64,000 nucleotides of DNA, taken from positions 682,001-746,000 of the forward strand of contig JAUFOQ010000002.1 of assembly GCA_040285855.1 (NCBI GenBank). The letters are read 5' to 3'. Both the position numbers and the translations under genes were made by a program. The notes beneath the pieces were generated by a model. The model was not told the DNA's origin. It did no database searches and worked only from the letters and a program-made list of their open reading frames with translations. The first letter of the stretch is position 1. Each line of letters starts with the position of its first letter. Below, one piece after another: positions 1 through 11,107 of this stretch. The stretch is from Eukaryota sp. GEM-RC1. Taxonomy: Eukaryota.

Positions 1-3000
1 TTTCATCAACACTCCATCTAGATGAAAGAAACTGAAGTCTTTTCGTCGTATCAATGTCGATGGGATGAGCACTTTCTTCAACAACAGGAATCTCAACTTG
101 TTGAACTTGTTGAGTCGATTGAACAGTTAAAGCATGTAGTTCAAGACTTCGTTGTTCGTAAATATTTTTTGAATCACAAGAGCGAACATCATGAACTTCT
201 AATGGTACACCAGAAATACCAATCACAGATAATGCTGAAAGCATTAACAGTGTTCCATCCTTTTCAGAACAATGAAAGAATTTAAATCATTGCAAAAATC
301 GATTTTTAACAGTTGACCTGTTAACTCACCACTTGAACAATCAATAATAAATTGAATCTGTTTCTTTGGTAGTTTCAAACCGAAACCAACACAGAACCCA
401 AATTCCGTGATGTACATTATTGTGTCATAATGCTTAACATACACTGCATCTATAATTCTGTCATCTTTGTGACAGGAGCAAAATTCCCATACAGGTTGTT
501 CACCAAGCAGCTCCCTTTCATACAAGTCTAACTTTCGGATGGAACAAGTGCCGACAACTAGAACGAAATCGTCATAGCACTTCAAACTTTTGAATTCTTC
601 ATCACGATCAATTTCAGACATGTTTAAATCCATTAATGTTGAAAAATCTGAACAATCAACACAATTTTTTTCATCTTCCTGCACAAAAATAATCAACAAC
701 AGAGTCTTCGTTGCGACAACAAAACAATTTTTGCAGCAGCCATGTCAATACATTGAGAATCAAAACTGTCTCTGGCCAACGGCAACGGTAATACTCGTCG
801 AATAGTCTTTTGTTTGTCTGTTTTTGGCTTGTATTGAATCATAAATATGGGCCCTTCAAAAGCAATCAGTATGGCCTGGTTAAGCAATTGATGATGAAGT
901 GCAAACATAGTCAATTGATTGTCAAATGGTTTACACTGTGGTCTATCTTGATCAATACTGCGACTGAACCTTCGGAGTTCTTTATCAATGTTGTAGACTA
1001 CAAATCGTAATGTAACATTCAACACAGGAGTAGGAGTAGGAGTAATAGCAGAAAAAAATTCTGTATGGAGAGTTTCGACAACGTTGTTGTCTATATTCAA
1101 CGTTCCAATGGCAATTTTTGATTCAAATGAAAAAACAACATAGAAAGTTCTCATTTCTTCACGTGTAAAATTTAAGATTTGAACATTTTGTCCTAAATAT
1201 TTAGCAGTATGAGAAGAGGCAGTACAATACGACTTAGTCCAAGATGACAAATCCAAAGTACTTGTAGCTACTGGTGACTGGGGCAATGCAGTAGTTTCAC
1301 TAATCATGGGTTCAGGAAGGTCAGCGTTTTCGGGGATCATAGGTTCTTCAACCTTGTGTTGGGCTAAGGTAATTTCAGAATTTACTACTTCATTAAGTGT
1401 AGTACATGATGATGCACATAAAGGACACGCAGGATCAAAGCACATCAACAGGTCCTGTTCATCATTGACTTGGAAATTTAGTAACTGGAAATGATGTTTC
1501 CTTCCATTGACATAATCCACGGTAACTGGTGGACTGTTACTTTTCAGTAAGTTGAAATCAAGAATAATAATGTTGTCATACCATGATTTCAACACAGTTA
1601 TGGGAACCTCACCTTGTTCCGTTAAATATACCAAAATACGTAATCGATTGATACATCCAAAGGTGGATTCGATTGGTAACTCATGATAAGGCCAGTAAAC
1701 ATTCCAGACACGTTTTACCTCAAAAGATCCATGAATATCCAGCTCATTACTGTATACAATTAATTGTTTGAACCTCGAATCTTGACAATGCATTGGTGTA
1801 CCAACCTTGATAGATGGCTTTGCCATTTCCGAAACCAAATTGATATTGAAGTTCATGAGCCATACGATGAACAAGTATTGAAAAGAAGAAGGAATATGAG
1901 ACAAGAATTGTGGAAACTTATCACCAACAGAAATACCATTATGATAACCTAGATCTGTAGGTACAGGGAACAGTGATTTGGCACATTTAACTTCCTTGGA
2001 CCACTCATTATCAATACGAGTGTATTGAGTCAAATCACTACAAGGACTTGACATAATGTCGAAAGTTAATTTAATAGAATTTCTTGGTATATGCAAATGT
2101 ACGATATTACCCCACTGTAACAATTGGTTGTACATGTTCCAAAATTCTGGGTCATTGACAACTTTCAATGCCATTGATAAATTGAATCGTGATTTGATAA
2201 TGAATCTATACCAATCAAGATGGAACGTAAGAGAAAAATTTTTTAATGAATCAAGAGTTCCACGGCACTTGTTGACAAACAGTAGATTTTCAATTTCAGT
2301 TGTATTCTCTGAATGCAACATAACAACAGTGCTTTCGGTTTCACCTGGAGCTAGATCTGAAGTAATTTTAACTTTTGAACATAATGTCTCTGAACGAGTA
2401 CTGTCATCATCACTGTCATTAACTTTTAGAGATTTGGAAGATTTGACAATTTTTTGTTCATCAAACAATTTCTTTATAAAGCTGTTAAATTTTTTCCATT
2501 GACATAACCTTCCAACTTCAACCTAACTGAGAATGAATTGTCTACTACAGTTGAATGGAATGACTTATTGGGATAAGAAGCCACAATGGCTTGAAAGAGA
2601 GACGTCGTTGAATTTGGAGATTCAAAAAGAGAAGAGAAGATTGTTGATTCATTTCGAAACTTATTGAGTGTAACTTCAGAAGGATTTGATATGAAATTGA
2701 CAAGTTTTAGAGCAATGCCTTCCAATGATATTAATTGACTTTTGAGATGAGTATTAGAATCTTCCATATCCACGAAACGTGAAACTAAAGATCTTAGTTC
2801 ATTTAAATATCGCTCTAGTTTTTTCAAAAAAACTAATTTAGATAAATTCTTAAGGGCTTGATCATTAAGGGTTTGATCACGTGTTGGGACAATATCCAGA
2901 TTTTTAATAAATTCGCCACATAAAATGTAATGAACCAAGGATAATTTGAAAAACATGTCTGAACGTACAACTTTAGATTCTTCAATAGTAGAGAGTTGTT

Positions 3001-6000
3001 TGAGTAAAGGAATCGATTGTGAAAAGGTATACAAATCGTAAAATGACATAAAAGTTGTACGAGAGCAACGAATGAACGACATAGAATTGATACCCGCAAG
3101 AAGAATCAATCCAGGACACAGGTAATTGTTTGTTAAACAGAAAAATAAAAACTTGAAGTTGTAGAATGAAATATTGGCATTGGTGCAAATCTTTCCGAGA
3201 TAAGTAAGGGGAGAATTTAGTTGGTTTTTTGAAAGAACATTAGTGCGGAAAAGAACATCAACCGAAGACATGATGTTCTCGCTAGAAGGAACATCAGGCA
3301 GTTGACTGATAAAAAAATTCAGGGGGATTTGGACGATTACTGATTAAAAATTGAGGATTTTCAGCGATCTGTTTGATTGTTAACAATGGCTCAATCAACG
3401 AACAATTTAGAATTTCTGGTTCGTCGAAATGCAATCTCGAAGTTCCATTCGGATATAAGTTTGTCTGCACAAGACGTAACGAAAGTCCAGGAGAATTTCT
3501 TCCAGCACGACCAGAGCGCTGGTCCAAAGAAGCAATGGAGCAATGATGAGTGTCGAGAAGGTCATCTGCATCAGTTTGCTTTGACAAACCACAGTCAATG
3601 ACAAATTTGACCCCATCAATAGTCAAGGAAGATTCTGCTATATTGGTAGCAATGACAATTTTAAATTGTTTTTTCGCTGGTTTAGCCACAGCTGCATCTT
3701 GTTGGACTGAATCCAGACTTGAATACAACGGATACACACCTGGCTTCTCAGAAGAAGCTGGGATGTATAGACCACCAGATCCACTTTTTTCTGACTCTCA
3801 TACTCATTCTCAATAATATTACTGAGAGTTGTAATTTCTGGACTTCCAGGAAGAAACACGAGCAAAGTAAATCCTGTACATTCTGGTTCAAACTGAAAAA
3901 GTTTCTGAGACAGGGAGTAATAACAGAGACATAGTCGGGCTAACGCTCTGAAATTGATACTTTTATATGAAAGAGGATTACAGTGTTGAGTGAAATAGTC
4001 GTAGTATGAGTTCACATTGAAGACAAAATAAGTGTAAATATCAATAAAATGATCGTTGAAAACCTGTTGAAGTGTAGGTTCAAAAATCGGAGTTATCACA
4101 AGTTTTGATATTAAGGGACTATAATGAAATTCATTTTGACGAACAAAATTCACATCAAGGACAATCAGTGGATTGGTTCTTCCAGCTGCATGGATAGTAT
4201 AGGAGGGTTCGGTATCTAAATAATTTCCTTGTGTAAGGTAATTAAAACAAGGATTAGGTTTGTCCATAGTTGCCGAACAGATTACCACTCTCAATTTTGA
4301 ATCAGTTTGGGAAATTATTCTCATTTGTGCTAATAAAATGTCAATGTCACATTTTCTTTCATGAACTTCATCCACCATGATAGTTGCAAATCGAGACAGA
4401 TTGCTATTATTTGTCAGAAATTTAGAAGTGAAGGCAGCGGTTTGAACTTCGATAAATCTTGGTGAATGTACTGGAATGTTCGTATTCTTGTTGCCTGTTC
4501 GGTATCCAGACAGAGGAAAATCACTATGACATAAATCATTGATAAAATCGGAGAGTTTTGTGGCTGGTAGAACTCTAGGTTGACACACAATGATTGGTTT
4601 CAAAGTAACCATAACCACAACAACACCAGTTAAGACAGATTTCCCGGAACCTGTTTGACCAGAAACAATAAACGGAATAATATTGTTGTCTTTGACATGA
4701 TTTTGACCAACAACACGAAACAATTGATAAAAGTGTCTTTTCCTTCATTAACAAATGCAATACGGCAGTTACGTGCTTTTGAAATCAACTGAAAGCAAGA
4801 AAACACCAAGTGGAAGTAGGCGTCATTACTGTCAACTGTATTATTCCACTGTTCATTTAGTGTCAAAATTTGAAGAATTTGTGTTAGTAAATCACTTTCG
4901 CGGACATAAGATTTCAAATGTGCTAATTTAGAGCATACTTTAGGAAAATCAATTGATGTAAATGTACACGTTGGTTCCTCTGGTGAAGTCACAGTGCTTG
5001 GGAAATTGTAAACATAGCGGGGAGGTCGTCTCCATTGAAGATAATGATCTAACAACATCTTGTAATCACTATGATTTGACGCCAACCATGACAATGAGAC
5101 TAAGTATTCCATTGCCTGGAAACAGAAAGACATTAAAGAGAGATCTTTGTTTTCTTTTTTTTGTTCATAATGGTAATGGGCACAAAATGACAGTTGGAAC
5201 ATGAGCATACTCATAGTTTCAATTTTGTTTTCGAAAAAATCTTGATATACAGTAAACTGATGTCGGTAAACTTCTTTCCGTTGTACAACTTGTTTAGTTT
5301 CAGGGTCTTTAATTTCGACAATGCGGCTTTCTTCATCTGTATCCACAAAAGTATAGTGCTCGAGAAAATGACAAAAGTTAAAAAATCTTGAAAGTAATTG
5401 AGAAGTGTAGGACGAATCTCTGATATTATTAAAATCATCCCACATAATACTAAGAGAAGTTTGATTATATAGATCATCAAATCCGTCATCATTTAAAGGA
5501 TCGTCTGTAGGATCGTCAGTATGTTCAAAATCAGAATCTTTGACATCAACATCAGGTATTTTGGGGGCTTCTTTTCAATTAATTCAATAACATGAGCAAT
5601 ATCAAAGATTAACATTTTGAGTTTATAAGTAGCTTTTGACTTTGCAAACTTTTCAATCACTTTTTGGTTTTCTTTGTACATTTCCAAAGTAAATTGATTA
5701 TTCGTACGATCATACACTTGAAGGTTGAGTTTTTTCTCCTCCACAACAAATTGCAGATGGAGCATTGTTAATAAAATGTCCAGCATAACCTCAGGACGTA
5801 CCAAAACTTTAGGGTTGATATTTTGATACAAGGATGTGATACTTAATGAAACATCACTAAGTCTAAAAAGTTTGGAAGGGACATTCATTATAACTGTGAC
5901 CAGGAAGAAGGCAGAAGAGACATGGAGCAATAAAAAGGCAAAACGATTCACGAAAAGAAGGTTGTTTTTGAGGACAATGGGGAGGCATCTCATATTTGAA

Positions 6001-7014
6001 TCCAAGAGGCATAATCGGTAAACTCACAGTAGATTCTCGATTAGGGTCACACAATTGACACCAATATTTATGGAGGGATTCCAACGCTCCATCATAACTG
6101 AGCAAGTAATGATTAGCATCTTGTTGACATTCAATCAACTCCGATTCATAGTGTTTGGCCATGATGTAATTTTCAATTCTCCAATTACTTGGCGTGTCAC
6201 CAGGTTTGCAACACTCTTGTATAATTTGGGCCAGGAACGAGCGTCGTGATTCATTGTCTGGATTGGGAATGACATCTGGAGCGAGATCAGTTAAGTTTTC
6301 GGATTCATCTATAAAAACATGATTCATACATGAACAAACTTGGAAACCAGGTGTTCTTCCAGATCTTAGCACTGGATGGGCAAAAGTTTCATGTGGAATA
6401 CGGCAGTAACGATGCAATATGCCCATGTGGTATTTAGTTCTTTGATTATATTTCTTTTGTTTTAGCTGAGTTTCTTCTGTTGGCGGTTCTTGTGTTGGCG
6501 GTTCTTGTGTTGGCAGTTCTTCTGGTAGCGTTTCTGGCAGAGATGGAGGAGGCGATGGTGACACAGAAGTTCTTCTGGGTCTCTTTACTTCTGGGGATGG
6601 TAAACGATCATGGGGACCTGGATTCTGCTCAACGTCTCCATCGATAGAGAGATCACGTTTCCATGATGTGGACGAGAGGATAGAGCACAGAATAAGCGGA
6701 GACGACATCTTAGGACGAGGAGGGAAGCACGTATCCACACATTTCTTCAACCCACCATCCATATCCCGTGACCGTGCTATGGAAACAGTGTTTGGATGAT
6801 GAGATGAAGCAATGGCGGATGTGGACGAGAGGATAGAGCACAGAATAAGCGGAGACGACATCTTAGGACGAGGAGGGAAGCACGTATCCACACATTTCTT
6901 CAACCCACCATCCATATCCCGTGACCGTGCTATGGAAACAGTGTTTGGATGATGAGATGAAGCAATGGCGGATGTGGACGAGGCGAGGGGTGTTAGCAGT
7001 ATAATAGAAGACAT
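1..7014 (-). CDS. Giant (>2,300 aa, 3'-truncated by the window edge) polyprotein-like ORF: 2A peptide - Pro-rich linker - CCHC zinc knuckle - DEAH/RHA helicase - long uncharacterised C-terminus
   Basis: ORFs 5863..7014, 5493..6005, 4630..5445, 3638..4723, 3294..3737, 2474..3271, 693..2468 and 244..699, plus an open frame from ~260 to 1 (DGTLLMLSALSV...RWSVDE), abut. Each of the 8 junctions (~5866, 5565, 4730, 3788, 3314, 2490, 730, 263) is repaired by a 1-nt change in an A/T run, as in the host genes. One junction splits the helicase between motifs IV and V, showing the pieces belong together. Confidence 0.75.
3380..4680 (-). other. SF2 DEAH/RHA helicase core within the giant ORF
   Basis: Motifs in order: GQTGSGKS (I), CQPRVLPA (Ia), DEVHER (II), CSATM (III), LVFLPGSPEI (IV), PLYSSL, IVIATNIAESSLTIDGVKFVIDCG (V), QRSGRAGR (VI), PEILNCSL. 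Confidence 0.95.
5881..5922 (-). other. CCHC zinc knuckle (Gag/nucleocapsid-type)
   Basis: CLFCLLPGHSYNEC fits CX2CX4HX4C exactly. Confidence 0.75.
6613..6663 (-). other. 2A / StopGo ribosomal-skipping peptide
   Basis: WKRDLSIDGDVEQNPG-P matches the G-D(V/I)ExNPG-P consensus, with the W-x-x-D-L-x-x-D-G context of insect picorna-like virus 2As. Confidence 0.9.
6665..6982. repeat. Perfect 153-bp tandem duplication (2 units + 12 bp) in the leader upstream of the 2A
   Basis: GATGTGGACGAG recurs at 6665, 6818 and 6971; the 51-aa translation is repeated identically. Confidence 0.97.
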
Positions 7015-7164
7015 TGGAGTGGGAAAATTATGGAGCTGTAAACAACTATACTGTACAGATAGAACAAGGAATTCTCATGACTTCACAAATACATTTACAA
7101 GGATCGTTTTGTGTACACTTTTATTTTCTCTTAGATACAAGTAGAACAATTTATTACTGTGCGT

Positions 7165-8873
7165 TTATTCTAAATATTGTAAAGAATGATGTTGATAAAG
7201 TAAAACATAGCCATTTAAAGAAATCTCAGTTAATACTGTCTGTTCGTCTACACCTTTCTTGCAATCACTATTGGTATCATGTAACCACCAAGAACCTTCT
7301 TTTTCCTTTGCATATGTCACACAGTGACCGTCAGCAAGGGAATCGTAATGACAGATCGCAGACAGCAGTCTGTATGTGTATTTTTCTTCAACACTACTTT
7401 TGGTCTTGGTTGACACTTTGGCGGTTGAGGTTCGACTGGTACTTCTTTCCCAATCACTACCTCTAACAAAATGCTGACTCCCACACTTTCTTTCATTTTC
7501 ATTAGAAATGTCAAAGACAGACAATTCTTCTGATGTTGGATAATGAGACAATGTGTAAATGTCCTTAAGTGGCAGTTGTGAGTTGATTTCATTGGTAGGG
7601 GAAAACTCAATCGATTCTGAACCCAATTGTGCTTCAGAAGACAGGAATAGATAGAGTGATAGATTTGAAGAAATAATAACTGGTTGAGGATGTCCAGTCA
7701 GTCTAATGATAAGAGCTTTTGGAAGAGAAGCAAAAGTTTCAGTAATTTCTGATTTTTGTTCAGGACAAGTAGCACAAATTATTTCTTTTCGAAAAGGTAG
7801 ATGAGCTTGCAACAATGATTCGAGATCGGTTGGTCTAGAAGGATACCGCCTTTGGATACTTTCCTTGTTAATTTCCAAGGCGAAGTGAATTTTAGATGTT
7901 GGATCAGTCCCACACCAAGAACATTTTGTTGTTGTTTTAATACAGAAACAAAATGCATTAACAGCACAAGAATGCTTTAATTTTTGAGTTATCAACAATT
8001 GATCTAAATCTTGCTGAAGTGATGATTTGACATCTAACTGAGTCTGAACTTTTTTTTGGTGATGGTTTCTCATCTAAATCATATCCATAATATTGGAAGT
8101 CTGTAGTATCAGTTTCTTCTGATTCAGACTGTGGTTCAAATTTTTGACAAAGAGTGTAATTCATCATTTGATGAAGATGGCAAGGTGGTGCGGAATTCCT
8201 TGTCAAGTGTTTTTAAAAGTTTGGCAAGGAAATTGAAAGGATCGTGTTGACCCGCCGCAAAAACAGGATAAATGTCAGCGATTTGCGCACGAACACCTTC
8301 AATATCTTTCGAATAAAAACAATTGAAGAGAGGAGTAGCAGAAGTATCAAAATCTAGTTCTTTGAAATGATTTACATTGAGTTCGAAGAAACGTTCAATG
8401 TGACGTATAATAAAATGGATAACTGAATAGACATAACAACAATCAGATGAAGTAGAAATTGAAGGAGTAGTAGTTTTAACAGGAATAGCAAGAGCCTCGT
8501 TAACTGTTTTAGTCAAACTGGAAAGAGAAGAAGGGGATACAATCAGGTTATGAGATGAGAGGGTGGTTTTTACGATGAAAGATATCACGTCGCTAATACA
8601 CTGTGTATCTTCAAGGGGAGTGATTGCACGAAGATTAGAGGATGATGTTAAGCTGAAAAGGAACTTTGTTTGTGCAACGTCTGATGTTACAAGAACGAGA
8701 TTTAAATGGTATTGAATATGTCCATTATACACTACGACAATGAAGAAGTCGCCCGCAGTGTCTTGGACGATGACAATTTCAACATCTGTAACTTCCGCAG
8801 GAATGTCATTTACGAAGTCTAGTTGCATCTGTTGTTTGGGAAAACGTTGGCGGACACGGAATGATGTTGACAT
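7165..8873 (-). CDS. Divergent ubiquitin-specific protease (peptidase C19/USP); two homopolymer frameshifts near 8140 and 8055
   Basis: Cys-box-like SSDCCYVYSVIHF, GQHDPFNFL (QxD box), CSWC...CATC Zn pair, LPKALIIRL, His box YRLLSAICHYDSLADGHCVTY, WWLHD and GYVLLY, in canonical USP order. Confidence 0.85.
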
Positions 8874-9045
8874 GTTTGTGCAGAGAGGAAAATTTATGTC
8901 CTAGTCTATTATTACAACAAAGATTCCATTTTTGACTTTCAATCAATACAATAGGGTGGGTTTATTCATTCCGTGATGAATTTGTCATTCACGAGGATTA
9001 ATGTTTTACTATAACTAACTAATACAGGATTAATAAAGGAACCAG

Positions 9046-10563
9046 TGAAGTAGAAATTGAAGGAGTAGTAGTTTTAACAGGAATGGCAAGAGCCTCGTTA
9101 ACTGTTTTAGTCAAACTGGAAAGAGAAGAAGGGTTAGGCAAAATCAGGTCTTGACACTTAATTCGTGGAAGTCGCCATTGATTATTCGTACGATCATACA
9201 CTTGAAGGTTGAGTTTTTGAGAAAGTTCCCACACTAAGAATTTAAGTGTCGGCTGCCACAAACCTAAGAAATCTTACCAACATAAACGTGTTCAAAAATT
9301 TGTTCACTAATCAGTCTGTTGCTGGGTTGAGTACAAATGGCCCAGAACAATGAGCCTTAACTTTATTAATTATCTTGTGACTGGTTCTTTTCATGATGAG
9401 AACTACAGATTTACTTGAAGATACTAAAACAATTTTTTAGTAACGAAAAAGTTTAAATCAAAAACATTCTGTATGAAGAGTTTCGACAACGTCGTTGTCT
9501 ATATTCAACGTTCCAATGGCAAGTTTTTGATTCATGTGAAAATCTGGATCACCATATTGGAGAGCAAATCTGTGGACCAAGTTTTGTTCACTTCGTTCTT
9601 TTCTTGAATAATGGGTAAGGCGTCTACGTCTAAAAAATTTCTCTTCATAGAAACAAGCCTTGAAAGTTTTTGGAACTGAATCAGTTGTAATTAAAACTTT
9701 TTGTAACTCAAATACAACTGCACTTGTGGATAAACAGTAGATTTTCAACATCCACTGCCGTAGCTTTGATGATGCAGCCTCCCTATCCTTATCTAACTCA
9801 ACTCGAGACTGACTCCATTGCAGGGTTTCGGGCTCAGTTGAGTTTAGATAGTCCCAGTATGAAAGGCCTTATTACTTTATGCAAAATTCTGTCTATTAAC
9901 AGGACAGTGATTGATCTGGATATCTCCCCCAACTTAATTGATATTGAAAGTCACATTTTCTGTTTTTCACCAACGAATTTTGTTCCCAAAGAAGCGGGGG
10001 TGGCAGGATTTGAAGAGGTGATGTATATGACATAAAGACCATTTACATCTGTTGATCTACTCTGCTTCTGAATTGTACAGAGGAACGAAGATATACCACC
10101 AAGCTATTGCTCAAGATGTTCCCATTGTGACTTTGAGAAGAAGAGCAGAGAGAAATGAAACGGAGGGAACGAAGAAAGTTATACAGTATGGCCGATGCAC
10201 GATTACTGATTAAAAATTCAGGATTTTCAGCGATCTGTTTGATTGTTAACAATGGCTCAATCACGATGGAACGAAGAAAGTTATACAGTATGGCCAAGAC
10301 AAATCACAAGACAACCATACTTCTCAGAGGACAATCTTCAAGCGGATCTACGAAACATACAATGCAAGAGGCATTCAGCAAGAATCAGTCAGAAATCCAG
10401 TGTTTTCAGCAGAGGAGATAACTGAAGGAGCATCATCACAGAAGAAGTGTATAAAGAGAAAACCACGGAACAACACATTCCTTCAACCCACCATCCAAAT
10501 CCCGTGACCGTGCAATGGAAACAGTATCTGGATGGCGGAATTGAGAAATGGCGGATGTGGACG
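9046..10563. other. Mosaic of short near-identical snippets copied from the adjacent island genes, mixed with unrelated fragments
   Basis: 9046-9133 = 8448-8535 (1 mismatch); 9177-9218 = 5693-5734 (exact); 9466-9534 = 1058-1125 (2 substitutions, 1 indel); 9720-9748 = 2265-2293 (2 mismatches); 10199-10263 = 3333-3397 (1 mismatch); 10473-10563 is a diverged copy of ~6737-6826. All are direct orientation, in scrambled order. Confidence 0.92.
10166..10295. repeat. 28-bp perfect direct repeat bracketing a 74-bp insert that contains a helicase-derived snippet
   Basis: GGAACGAAGAAAGTTATACAGTATGGCC at 10166-10193 and 10268-10295. Confidence 0.97.
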
Positions 10564-11107
10564 CAAAGCAAAGCAATGAGTGCAACCACGATACACCAGA
10601 TGACAACCCAACTCATCTTGCCCACTTGTCGAGTGCAGGAGACAAATTGACAAGAAGAGCGGAATTGCCATCTATGTAAAGAGGTCACTTCTCATAGATA
10701 TACGTGGCAGCAAGCACATATCGTGACCAAAACTTACTTTTGGCATCATCACAATGTCTATAATTAGAAAGATGGAGGATCATACGCATGTCAAGAGAGA
10801 AGAAAAGTGAAATTGCAGTATTCATTTTTGGAGTCTTGTCTTGTTTGTCTACAGATAGCAGACATCTTTTCTGTCTTCGGATATCTCCTACACTTCATAT
10901 ACAACATTTTTGTACTTACTTACTTGACATCATTCATTAATTAATACATCAACAATGTTATTTTCAATGCTCTTGTGTATCACAACATTGACAATACATT
11001 GAACTAGAACGTATATGTTGATTTCGTGTTAACAAGGAAGAGACTTGAAACAAAAGAAGAACGGGATGCTTTATTGATATCTAAACAAAGAAAACTACAA
11101 TAATGAT

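Noticed and set aside
1..3271. RdRp or reverse transcriptase in the giant ORF
   Set aside because: No convincing GDD/YxDD with upstream polymerase motifs in the part visible here; it may lie outside the window.
6665..6982. Hammerhead or canonical HDV ribozyme in the leader repeat
   Set aside because: No CUGAUGA/GAAA core, and I could not build the HDV P1/P2 nesting. Only a generic conserved hairpin is supported.
22..7466. Plus-strand ORFs overlapping the giant ORF and USP (e.g. 22..285, 2056..2502, 7014..7466)
   Set aside because: Antisense shadows of longer motif-bearing minus-strand frames; no independent features.
10166..10295. Bona fide CRISPR repeat-spacer unit
   Set aside because: Only two copies, not palindromic, not found around the other snippets, eukaryotic context. 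Treated as a target-site-like duplication.
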